Below the pieces are notes generated by a model, which did not search any database, was not told the origin of the DNA, and saw only the letters and a list, made by a program, of their open reading frames with translations. The position numbers and the translations under genes were made by a program. A stretch of DNA of 58,157 nt, the filler included, from Hydrolagus affinis (lineage: Eukaryota): assembly GCA_012026655.1 (NCBI GenBank). It is 3 parts of 3 records of this genome, joined end to end, with 100 filler letters (N's around TTAATTAATTAA, not from the genome) between each part and the next. Parts side by side here need not be neighbours in the genome. Positions count along the whole stretch, not along the records: positions 1 to 27,950 come from JAAILG010008597.1; 2 more parts are not named here. One strand, 5' to 3'. Below, in pieces: positions 1-11,596 of this stretch (position 1 is the first letter of the stretch; every line of letters starts with the position of its first letter).

Positions 1-37
1 GCTATATCAAATGCAAGGATCATTATTATTAAATTAC

Positions 38-2536
38 CTGAGTTCGATTTAGAAACTGTGAATCTGGAGACTGCTGGAATTCGGAGGCTGTTGTGAGACA
101 CCGAACAGGAAAAAACAACCCCGCTCTGTACAGGCTGCGTCTCTTCCAAATAGCTGGAAACTTTGTAAAGACCATTTGAATCCCTTTCTTTACTGGAATT
201 TATCCCAGTTTTAACTTCATTGCCATCTTTACTCCAGGTGAGCGTTATATCTTCAGGGTAAAACGCAGCCGTTTCACACACAAGAGTCAGAGACATTGTT
301 GATTCTCCTTCAGAATCTCTGGAGAATATCTTCAGTGGGGTCGGGGGGACTGTAGGACAGACAATGGAGCAGAATCAGTTGCTTAATATGTGTTGGAAGA
401 TTACACTTTATTCCCATTTGAATTGTACATGTATTGTTTCCTTGCAACATTATCATAAATAAGGTCCTCTGATGTGCCACCTGCCAGTTATTGTTATCAT
501 AACAAGCAATCTGGGAGAACCTGATCCTTTTCAGGTCTGTTACTTGGAACAATTTGTGATGTATCAGATGATAAAAGATGTGTTGGATGCGGTCCTGCCA
601 CTATTCACCAGATGAATAGCTGGATGAAGGGATTTAACTATGACAAGAGGATGGGTAAACGTGATTTATATTGATAGATTTCAGCAGAATGGGAGGTAAT
701 TTGATTGAACTGTCAATGAATGGTAACATATTGCGATGATACATGCTTCTAGTAGAGGTATAAAAATAGAAGGAGGCACGATTCTGACATTTAGCAAAAC
801 GTATTGGTCCTGATATGAATGATAAATATTTTTATGAATTGGAAAGTGGTGGCGAAATTGGATTAAAACTTATGCCAACATTCTCGAGCAACAAAAGCTG
901 GAAATTTCACCATCGCTAGACGAATACGCAAACCTCCTGGTTAACACCAACATTCATTTTGTTCTGCTGTGTTTCTTTAAATTTCATAAGCTTTGAACCA
1001 ACCTACCATAATTAGAGTATGTAACTCAAAATCATTTCATGAATGTTGACGGGAAAGTTTTGTGGGCAAATTGGGGCAAATTGGGCCACTGTTTATAAAT
1101 ATCTGCCTTTTGTCTAAATCAGATATTTGATTCATAATAAGCAAGTAATCGATAATAGAGCCTTTTGTATCGAGATGACATATTAAAGCGTTTCATCGGA
1201 GCACAACAGCAGTCAATTTTGCGAACAACAATGTGCTATAAACAGCCATGAAGTGAACAACCAACGTTACGTGGGGATTCTTTGGCCAAGGTCGCGGGGA
1301 GGAAGAATCTCTTTTCGAATAGTTCCACATGATCTTTAGTATCCACCTGAACAGGCAGAGTGGGGCTCGGTTTAGCGTCTCATCCAAATAGGAGGGCAAG
1401 CTGAAGTCGTAGAGCGCTCGCCCAGCATTGCATCGGATTGTCAGTGTACACTGTGATCTTCATGTTTTGATGTGCCAACAATCTGAATGAATGCGTTCAG
1501 GACAAAATCAAATACCGGATACGCAACTCGTATTCCAACTTTGCTGTGGGGTAGACATTCGTTGGCTCCCATTAACACAACAACAAATTTGCAATATTTT
1601 AAATTAAATTAAAATAAAATATTTCCTCTGGGCTGTACTATCATAACTTCGAATGAGAATGGATAATTAATCAATAATTTACCCATGACGGTTTCAAAAT
1701 GCCGGAATGAACATTCTCTGTTACGATTGTACTCACACTTACCATGTACAATTAAACGTGATCCAGTTCCATTTCCTAATGCTTTCCCCTGACAGATCAC
1801 TGCACAGTGATAGACTCCTGATTCTTGGGAAGTCACATTTAGGAGTTGGAATGATCTGAAACCAAATATTTTTCTGTTGTCGGGTCTTTTATGTAAGTAT
1901 TCACTCTCTCCTCGCTTCCACCAGTGAAATGTTAGATCTGAACTGGGTTGGTTACCGGCAAACTTGCAGCTGAAGGTAACGTTATCACCTTGGAGTGCTG
2001 TCCGGTCTAAAGGATATTGAATCACTATCATCGATGCATCACCAGCAACTGTGAGAAAATCATTTAAATCTATCGTTGATAATTATACATTGAAGAAAGG
2101 TGACAAATTAACTATAGGAAAGGAGGGAAAGAAGGTGGAAGAAAGCAGGTTTTCACTCAGCGGTTTGTTCGAATCTGGAATGTATTGCCTGAAAACGTGG
2201 TGGAGGCTGATTCGATAACTGCTTTTAAAAGAGAATTAGATCTTTATTTAGGGAGAACAGGTTTGCTGGGTTATGGGGAGAGAGCGGAGCAGTGTGGGAT
2301 TGAGTTGCTCTTTTCAAAGAGCCGGCACAGACTAGATGGACTGAATGGCCTCCTTTTATGCCGTAAAATTCTATGATTCTATGAAAGAGAAGGAGAAAGT
2401 TTACGTAATCATTGAAAATATTTTGAAACTCTTCATCAATATTGATTTTCTAATTAAAATGTGCTGCAGTAAAACACGTACCTGTGAAAATAATCTCCAT
2501 TAGAGCAAGATAGTGGAACAAATCATTGGCCGCCAT
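38..2536 (-). CDS. Receptor gene 1 (3'-partial): leader + VJ-type IgV + IgC1; NKp30/SIRP-like family; TM and tail lie beyond the left edge
   Basis: Exons 2482-2536 (MAANDLFHYLALMEIIFT-G, gtacgt donor), 1743-2048 (V: ..VTFSCKF..FHWWK..SGVYHCAVICQGKALGNGTGSRLIVH, ag/gtaagt) and 38-349 (C1: VPPTP..LVCETAAFYPEDITLTWSKDG..YKVSS..FSCSVSHNSL, ag/gtaatt). All junctions are phase 1 and the frame is open. The C1 exon is missing from the ORF track. Confidence 0.88.
1300..1460 (-). mobile_element. DeuSINE (Deu-domain) remnant
   Basis: GATCTTTAGTATCCACCTGAACAGGCAGAGTGGGGCTCGGTTTAGCGTCTCATCC resembles the reverse complement of the Deu domain; recalled, not searched. Confidence 0.55.
2165..2385 (+). mobile_element. 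CR1 3' terminal fragment in the L-V intron of gene 1
   Basis: WN.LPENVVEADSITAFKRELD; GAATGGCCTCC and (TTCTATGA)n tail. Confidence 0.8.
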
Positions 2537-2628
2537 GGCGATCAGTTGTTCAGACTCGCCCTGAACCTCTTGCTGGTGTAACACAGGTTTGCTGGTTGTC
2601 TAATATAACATTATTCACAGTGTCATGT

Positions 2629-2638
2629 GACTTCCTGT
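2629..2638 (-). promoter_or_regulatory. ETS-type motif (ACAGGAAGTC) upstream of gene 1
   Basis: GACTTCCTGT on + about 95 nt upstream of the ATG; the same 10-mer lies upstream of genes 2 and 3. Confidence 0.45.
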
Positions 2639-4969
2639 GTCCGTGGTTCAGAGATGAGTTACATGTAATTTGCAAAGAACAATATGGTTTTTAATTGCAA
2701 CTGTAATCAAACCTCAAATTGGCAGCAAAGAGGAGAGTTAAATAAATCCATATTATCCTGTTTTAGTTTTCCGCGTTCTTGCATCAATTCTACTTTATCA
2801 TAAGAACTTAATGACATCAGAAATGGTAGCCAAAAAAAGACCAAGCTCCATTTGGTTCACCTTTCACCTTTATAGTGGTCACATGCACATAAGTCACAAA
2901 ATATTTATGCACTATATCCCATAATGATCTTCCTAAAAGAAAACTTTCCAACCTGTTTTTGAAAGAATCAATACTTCACGCTTCAACTGTCTTTCTAGGG
3001 AACCTGTTCCACAGCTTCAATGTTTGCTCTGTGAAACAGTGTTTGTATAGATTTATTCTGAATTTACAAACCCCCACTTCAATCGCAAGCCTTGGCTCTG
3101 GTTTTATTATGTTGGACAAGTTGAAACAACCTGTCGAGTTCTATGTCATGGTGACCTGTAGTTCACTCGTTAGAGCACTTGCGTTGCAAATAAGAGACCT
3201 GGGTTCAATGGCCAGCATGGTGACATCTTGGGCAAATTTTCTTTGCCACACGCCTGATAATAATCTCTAAAAAAAAATTGTCATCTCAACCCAGGACTGT
3301 TCACGTGGACAAATTGGATTGGTGGATGAATATTATAAACTGAAATGAATACAAATGATTGAAAACAACAGTTATTGTTAAAATCAATGGATGGACAGTT
3401 TATTAGTGATGTTGTAGAAATATAGTTATATATTATGTGAAAGCATTTCCCCTGAGAATCTGTGCTCAATTTCAAATGTACCAGAGAGAATGACTCTTCT
3501 GACCCGAGCCGTGTAGAGTTGGCCACCATCGTGATCAAACTGATTCCATTGGACATCTACAACAACAACAAAATTACACTTGTGTAGTGCCTTTTACATC
3601 AGGAGGATATCCCAAGGTGTTGATCTACTATCATATCGAAAAGTCTATAAAATATCTCATAAACTATTTTGATTTTAAGAGCAGCGATTGTTATTATAAA
3701 GGAGAAGAAATAGGAGATTTTCTCCAACAAGGTATCAGAAAACGGAATGGATTGATGAATGAATAGTATTTTATTCGTAAACATGTATCAGTCAAAAAGT
3801 CCAATTACTAATTTCAAACTTAATTGCAGGTGGCACGCGCAGGACTATTGCACGTTAGGCAGGTTACCAAATCACAAAACAACTTGAAGAATAGATATGT
3901 AGAATGTAATAATAAAATAAGAACATAGCCAGATTTCAGATATTCTTTGTTTCAAAGATTACAACAACAACTTTGATTTATATAGCGCCCTCCACGCCGA
4001 ACGGCGTCTCAGAGCGCTTAGATATATATTTATAGTGGATTGTTCTATCTATATATAACCCGACCTCAGCTCGTGTCTGAAATACGGACTGTTCAGCACT
4101 TAGGGTCGTCGTCCCAACATGTAGGGTACTATACAAATGTAATTTTGTTGTTGCTATTTTCGTTATATGCAGAGTTTCCAGCGAAAAACATTTAGCTTAT
4201 GACAGTAAATCGTTGGAACGTCTTTCTGATGTGAAAGGCATTGTACAAGTGTAATTTTGTTGTTGTTTTTGGTTTGGCGCAAACTAATGTAGATACAATT
4301 TTGAGTAACAAAGTGTTTCACAATAAAAGACAATATGACAAGTATACATTCTATCATAAAATCCTGTGTTGAATTTAGAAACTCTGTAGTTAGAAATGGC
4401 GGGTGTCCAGAGGCTAATGCCTGATTGCAGATAGGAATATACAACCATGTTGTATACAGAAATGCAAAATACTGCAGGTGTTGGATATCTGAAACAAAAA
4501 CTGAAATCGCTGGGGACACTCAGCTGATCAGGCAGCATCTATGGGGAAAGGAAAGTAAGTCAACATTTTAGGTTCATGACTCTTCCACACAACTGTCTGT
4601 GCATCGATCAGTTTGTCTCATATATTTACTGTAGTCTTGTAGCACTGATTAAAGCACTCGGCTTCAAAGCAAGAAACCTGTGTTCAATTCATGGCAGAGC
4701 AAAACACAGCAAATTTCCTTGCTCCACATGCCTGAACCTGGGACCATCTACCTGATGTGAATGGTAATCTCTATAATGTAATTTTGTTGTTGTTGTTGAT
4801 AATAATTTCTCTACCCCCAAAAAAATATTGGTCACTACAATCGATGACTGTTTATGGGACACTACTGTATGCAATTAGCAACCTCATTTCAGGTAATGCA
4901 GGCAATGCATACACTGGAGGTTGAACAGAATATAGCATTATGATCAGGAATGATGATTTGCCTTATTTG

Positions 4970-5232
4970 GAGTCCTATAGCTCAGTGGTTAGAGCACTCG
5001 GCTTATAAGCACGAAACCAAGCTCTGATTTCAGGCAGTGTGAAAATGTGAACAAGTTTTGTTACTGCACATGTCTGATAATAATCCCTTCTTTTTTTTTT
5101 GATAATTTGAATCCATGACTGTTTGCAGGACACACTGCTGTTCACAATCAGCTGCCGCATTTTGCTTATACATCTAAAGTCAATTCCCTTCAGAATATAT
5201 TCAGTGAAGCACTTTGAGATAGCTAGAAGACA
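4970..5232 (+). mobile_element. Same SINE family
   Basis: GAGTCCTATAGCTCAGTGGTTAGAGCACTCGG head plus body. Confidence 0.8.
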
Positions 5233-6116
5233 TGAAAGCAACAACAACAACATAATTACGCTTGTATAGCGCCTTTCCTGTCAGGAAGAAGTCCAAAAGT
5301 GCTGGACAGTTATTGTTTCAGACACAAGCTGGGGTCACGAATGGAAATGATGTGGGGAAAGGGGGATACTTGGGGTGACTGATGGGACCAATCAAACCTT
5401 TCTTGAGACAGTACTAGGGATTGGGCGAGGTGGAGGGACTGCAGGATGACGTTTCAGAGGTTGGGGGGGCAGAGTTGCTGAAGGTTCATCTGCCAATGGT
5501 GGTGTGGGTGGGTCGGAGGCCGTGGAGAATGCTGGAGGTTGATGAGCAGGGTGTGGGCTGGTTGGTAGGGGGTTAAGAGGTCACACAATTTGGGTGACGC
5601 AAGGCCGTGGAGGGCTTAGGATGGACGACCAGGTTCTTGAATTGGATTCTCTGGGTGATGGGGAGCTAAGTTGGGTGAGGATGGGGAAGGTGAGGTAATC
5701 AAGCTTGGAGCAGTAGAGGACAGGGGCCACAAAGTTCTGGATTACTTGCAACCTATGGAGGGAGGAATTAGAAAGGCTAACAAGGAGGGCATTGGCATAG
5801 TCAAACCAGGATGTGATGAAGGCACGAATGAGGGATTCAGCAGCCTGGGGGTGAGGTAGTGGCGGAGTCAGGCAATATTATGGTGGTGAGGGATCATGGC
5901 TTGGATGTGGGTGAGGAAAGATAATTGAGAATCGAATAAGGTACCTAGGTTCCTGACTGGCTTGGTGAGGTTGAGTGTGGAACCATGGAGGTTGATGATG
6001 CTAGTGCCTAATGCATGAAGGCACTGGTGCTAGCCAATCAGCAGGGCCTCGGTCTTGTTGACATTCAACAGTAGAAAGTTAGCTCTCATCCAGGACTTGA
6101 TATCCGCCAGGCAGCC
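5233..6116 (-). mobile_element. L2 LINE 3' portion (host of the nested copy; continues at 7879-8020)
   Basis: Minus strand DIKSWMRANFLLLNVNKTE at about 6045-6105; (CAA)n tail near 5235. Confidence 0.8.
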
Positions 6117-7868
6117 TCATCCTCCTGCCTCTCATCGCACACCACCACCATTGCATCCCCCTCACCCTCCCTGTCATCAGCTCCTATCACGACTCCCTTC
6201 CTACATTCCTTCTCCTCCGTCTCTCCTTCGTTCCTCTCATGCACTATCACCCCAATGAAGCCCACCACCTGCTGCCCCGAACCCCTTCCTACCAACTTAC
6301 TGGTCATCCAGCTCCCCCTTCCCTGCCCACTGCTGCCTGACATCATCAACCAGTCCCTCTCCACAGGATTAGTTCATGCCCGCCTCAAAACTGCCGCCTT
6401 CACCCTACTCCTCAAAAAATCTTCCCTTGATCCCTCAAACCCTAGCCACTACCACCCTATTTCAAACCTGCCCTACCTTGCCAAAGCACTTGAATGCGTT
6501 GTTGCCAACCAACTCCACACCCATCTCTCTTCCCACTCCCTTTTTGAACCCAGCCAATCCGGTTTACGCCCTGTCCTCAGTACAGAAACTGCACTTGTGA
6601 AAATCACAAACGACATACTCTCTATCTGTGACCAGGGCTCCCTCTGCCTCCTTATCCTCATGGACCTGTCCGCTGGGTTCGACACAGTCAACCACACCAT
6701 CCTCCTTCACTGCCTGTCCTCCGTCATCCACCTCAGTGGGACCGCACTCGCCTGGTTCGAGTCCCACCTCACAAACTGCCAGCAGTACATCTCAATAAAC
6801 GGCTCTCCTTCTGCTCTCATCCAGTTACCTGCAGGGTACCCCAGGGATCCATCCTTGGCCCCCTCCTCTTCCTTATCTATATATTCCCTCTTGGGGACGT
6901 CATCCACAGACATGGGGTACACTTCCACATGTATGTGGATGACACCCAAATACCTCAAAGTTAGGTATTTCTCCACCTCACTTTTGTGATTCCCCCAGTC
7001 CCCTGATGTTCTGTCAGCCTGCCTGTCAGACATGAGGAGCTGGATGAGAACAAACTTCCTGCAGCTGAATGCTGACAAGACGGAAGCCATACTCTTTGGC
7101 TCTCGTCAATGTCTTCAATCGCACGGCTCTCACCTCCTCCACCTTCCCGGTCTGCCCCTAAAACTCTCCGAACCCGTGCGCAACCTAGGAGTCAGGTTCG
7201 ACCCCCAACTGCCTTCCTCCCCCATATCTGGTCCCTCACCAGCATTGCTTTTTTCCACCTCCGACGGATCGCCCATCTCCGGCAATATCTCTCCCAGAAA
7301 CCCTGGTCCATGCCTTTGTCACTTCTCGCATTGGACTAATCCAATGCCCTCCTGCCAGTCTCCCCTCCACAACAATCCATCAAATCCAACTCATTCAAAA
7401 CTCTTCCACCTGCATTCTCACTTCGCTCATCCAAACTTTGCTCCCCCATCACCCCAGTCCTTCCCAGACTTCACTGGCTCCCTATCCCAGAGAGGATCGA
7501 CTTCAAGATCCTCACCCTTGTTTTCCCAACCCTCCACTCCTCTACACCCCCCTACCTCTCCAACCTCTTCTCTCCTCAAACCAGCACCTGTTTCCTTCGC
7601 TCCACCGGGTCTGGCTTCCTGCTTGTTCCCCGAATCCTCCGATCTACCATCGGCAGCCGTGCCTTCAGCCACTACGCCCCGAGGCTCTGGAACTCCCTTC
7701 CTCACTCCCTTCATCTCAGCCCCTCTCTTCCCAGTTTCAGGACTCAGCTAAAGACCTTTTTCTGTGACCGCGACCCCTGGCTCGGTCCCGGGATCCGTTA
7801 TTGTGAAGCGCTCTGAGATGCCGTCTGATGTGGAGGGCACTATATAAATCAAAATTGTTGTTGTTGTT
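6117..7868 (+). mobile_element. L2-clade LINE, 5'-truncated, with RT remnant; nested inside another L2
   Basis: ORFs give [40 protein letters not shown] and NFLQLNADKTE with frameshifts; 3' end TGTGAAGCGCTCTGAGATG..(GTT)n. Confidence 0.9.
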
Positions 7869-7878
7869 GATATTTTTG

Positions 7879-8020
7879 TTGATGTTTGACAAGCAGTCTT
7901 TCAGGACAGTAGTGGTCCTGAAATCGAGGGTACGGGCAGAAAGATAGAGTTGGGTGTCCTCCACATATATGTGGAAGTTCACTCCATGTTTACAGATGAT
8001 GTTACTGATATCAACTGAAC
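7879..8020 (-). mobile_element. L2 RT fragment continuing 5233-6116
   Basis: NFHIYVEDTQLYLS (degenerate YADD) followed by DCLSNI, immediately upstream in RT order of DIKSWM. Confidence 0.75.
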
Positions 8021-9482
8021 TTCTGATTCTACTTGGGACATCCTTTCGATGTGAAAGGCGCTCAAAAAATGTAACTTTGTTGCTCTTGTTTCTAATTCAA
8101 TTGGTACATTTATGGCAATATATTCAGTGGATCAGTTGGTGCCAATAACTACAATAGAGAAGCCAGTCTCATGGGTAGAACAAGATTCTTGATCGTAAAA
8201 TTAGGAGACAATATAAATATAGAAATGTGGTCAAAACTTAGCAGTCAATTGCACACAGCAGTTTCCCCACAAACAATCATGGATTAAGTGAGCAATTATA
8301 TATATCCATAGAAAGTTAAGTCTGAACCTTTTAGTCTAGTTATTTTCCTATGTGCCTGTCACAGAGTAACTATATATTACAGATACATTGCATTAATATA
8401 TTGTTAGAGCCATACAAAGGTATAATGTCTTTTATTTTAATGAAACAAACACCAAAATCGCTGGGAACACTCAACAAGTCAGGAGAAAGGAAAAGTGAGT
8501 CATAATTTTGGGTCCGTGACACTTACTCAGAACTGGGTCATGTATGGAGGGAGAGGCATTTAAGCACTAACAGAGAGGGAGAGGCAGGGTAAGCAAGACA
8601 AAGAAGATGGGGTAGAGTGTAGTTAGATTAGAATATCAGCTATGATTTTATTCAATTGTGGGGCAGGTTCGAGGGGCCAAACGGCCTACGCCTGCTGCTA
8701 ATTCCTATTTTCATATGTTCTCATGAGATGATGGTTTAAATAGGTGTTAATGTTGTGAAATCAAAATAGGGGATTGACCAAAACTGTAGAGAGGATGTAT
8801 TAATAACATTGAACGAAGAGGCGGTGAAATTACAAAACAACAGGCAGACCAAATGGTCACAGAAGAGTGGGAGGGGCAAGCTGAACTGTTGTGGCCTGTG
8901 ATGGAATCTTTTTTTAATGACTGTTAGTATGCAGCTTGCAGTATCAAACAGGACAAAATGTTGGTCCACTTTCACCATCGCTGGTACAAATGTGAAAGAC
9001 AAAGTGAGTGACGTGGGTGCCTGTCACACAGTAACTACATGAAGGTGCCTCGGGGATCCATATGAATCCTTCTCATTGTGTGTTTTCATGCAATGATTAT
9101 TTGTTCTGCTTTAATCGCAGTGAATCTTTTTCCTCAGCTGAGGTCCTTTATTCTCCTAGCTGAGGAGATAGTCTATTATTTAGTGTCATTGTATAATCAC
9201 GTAGCCATAATCCACTGAGCATTAAAATCAAAGAGACATACGCTGTTTCATTAATTGATGCCATCTTTTGACCACTGGATGTGCTTGTTTTTCTTGCCAA
9301 ATACTTCTGGTGCTGTTGCTCATCCTGTGATTTGGAAATTGGCTTTCACCTGCCTTTAGATTTGGAGGATTCAATCTCCCCTTGGATTTTACTGAAGACA
9401 GTTCACAGTGGGAGAGGGATTTATCGAAAGCTGTATCAACAAGCGTCATCCTACTAATCACGGGTATAATTAGGGGCCGACA

Positions 9483-9807
9483 ATTATTATAATAATAACA
9501 ATAAAATAATCCTTGCATTTGATATAGCGCTTTTCACGTCTTCTATACGTCGCAAAGCACTTCACAGAATATACTGTAAAGTGAATTGACTATATATTTG
9601 TGGGTGAAACACGGCAGGCAATTGTGACCAGTGGTGTCCCACAAACAGTCGTCGATTGAAATGACCAATTATATATATTTTTGAGGGATTATTATTAGGC
9701 ATGCGGAGTAAGGAAACTTGGCCAAGGTTTCTTCCTGAATTTCCTGGATTCGAACACAGGTCTCGCGTTTGTATGGTGAGCGTTCCTACTAACGAGCTAC
9801 AGGACTC
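9483..9807 (-). mobile_element. Same SINE family, full length
   Basis: Reverse complement of the 15343 copy. Confidence 0.85.
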
Positions 9808-11596
9808 CACTTGTACTAAAGTATTAAACTGGAATGAACAATGACGGACAACGATCAATGTACATTGAACTATCAACCAAGGAACGAAGCACTGAAATAC
9901 TATTATCCTCAGATGCCAGGGTTTTAACAGCCCCATCAGTGGCAGCATGATTGAGGATATACAAAGATTTACAAAGGGGACATTGGATGGTGGAGAGTAT
10001 TCACCATTTGTACCATTGAATTTGAGTCCCTGGATATCAATCTTGAGACGTTGTATGAAACATACTCAACACATCAATTTGATCACATTTTAGGCAACTG
10101 TCCAGAGTGCACGTCCATCTAAACAACACTATGGTGATCCTGGTTAAGTCTTCAAGAAATTCAAGTTAATTTAACCCAGTAAAAAAATACATAAGCAAGT
10201 CAATTAAAACCTTTTAGAAAAAAACAAACTTTGATTTGCTTCTATCAAATGGAACGTTGCATCATAACTTATAGAAACAGATGAAAAAAATTGAATAAGG
10301 CACATGGGCTTTTACAGACAAAGGGGTCTGTGGTATGAGATTGTATCTGTTCAGTATATGTATATATAGATATCTATATTTACATAACAGATGTACACAT
10401 GTACGTGTGAAATTGCTACACCGATTAACCCAAGCAACATCAGTTGACGTGTTGCAAAAACTGCCTGTGAATGGAGCCAATCATGTTCTATCTTTAACCC
10501 AGCACAGCAGAGACATGGGTAGAAAATAAATGTTGCTTCATTTTAGCTACTTTTACACATACTTGCAGAACGCCCACACAATAACGTTTCATTGTGGCAG
10601 ATGAATTCCATCGCATTGTCTTAGATAGTTGTGAAGGTAAATTATATCACTTTAGTTTTAATTTGATATTCTGTAAGTTATTGTCATCAGATGAGGTAAC
10701 ATAATTTAAGTGAAGCAAAGCATTACCCTCACTGCACACACTGAACTGCTGAACATTTACTTCCAGCTAGATGTAATGCACATCTGGTATTCAACATTTC
10801 AGATTCAGCTTTGAGGAAGCTAGCCTGAACTCAGGATAATTAACGTTTATATCTAACAGATTGAGAATTGCTTTTAGAATTGATGACATGCCCTACATCC
10901 AAAATATTGTGAGCAAAATACCATATATTTGTTGTAGAAATTGGTTACAGAGACAATAGAGTCAAGATTGCCGGAGTCAACTAAAGAGATTGCTTCTCGG
11001 CCAATCATTGAATTGATGTCTAACCTTTAAAATGTTTGGATTTCCCAGAAAGAGAGTGAAGCTTTACTAAACATTAAAGAATCATCATAATCTATGTCTG
11101 AAGCCCAGTAGTAAGTACTTGGCTAAGATATATATGAAACAAAGTATAAGAATTCCATAGTATGCTTTTTGATTTAATTTATCCGATTCTATGGAAAATG
11201 TAGATTGACTAAATCAAACCCAACACATTGTGTTCCATAACTGCTGTTTATTGAATGTTGACTAAACCGCTTCACAGTGTTACAAACTATTATGAACTGG
11301 TTTCTCGTTTGTATTGGTATAATTTGTTCTTGTGATATAATACGTTCATTGCTTTTCTAAATAATTATAGTTTATAGCACAGAGACATTATCAGATTAGT
11401 ATTAAACAATTCAGAAAATGAAATTGGATCGACTTGATAAATGATAGGTTATGCAAATGGAATCAAGATTTGTGTCTTTCTACACTGTCAAACCGGTGAT
11501 ACAATAACACACCAGCATTGATATAAACACTGTCACTAGTCTTCATCAGAAGCAATCTGTGACTGATATACAGTAGTAATTGTCTATTATGTGACA

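Noticed and set aside
4163-4519. Minus ORF with a hydrophobic stretch (ASG..MIECILVILSFIVKHF) resembling a TM exon
   Set aside because: Weak acceptor, no donor, both ends run into repeats, and there is no clear homology to the gene 2 or gene 3 TM exons.
5671-7982. Numerous 60-240 aa ORFs on both strands (likewise at 25793-26344, 29621-30328, 47746-48653, 54602-55575 and 56358-57324)
   Set aside because: Frameshifted L2 RT remnants and their antisense shadows; not host genes.
8740-9000. Plus-strand reading containing KLNCCGL (tetraspanin-like CCG)
   Set aside because: Flanked by stops, no splice sites or TM segments, and no other family motifs.
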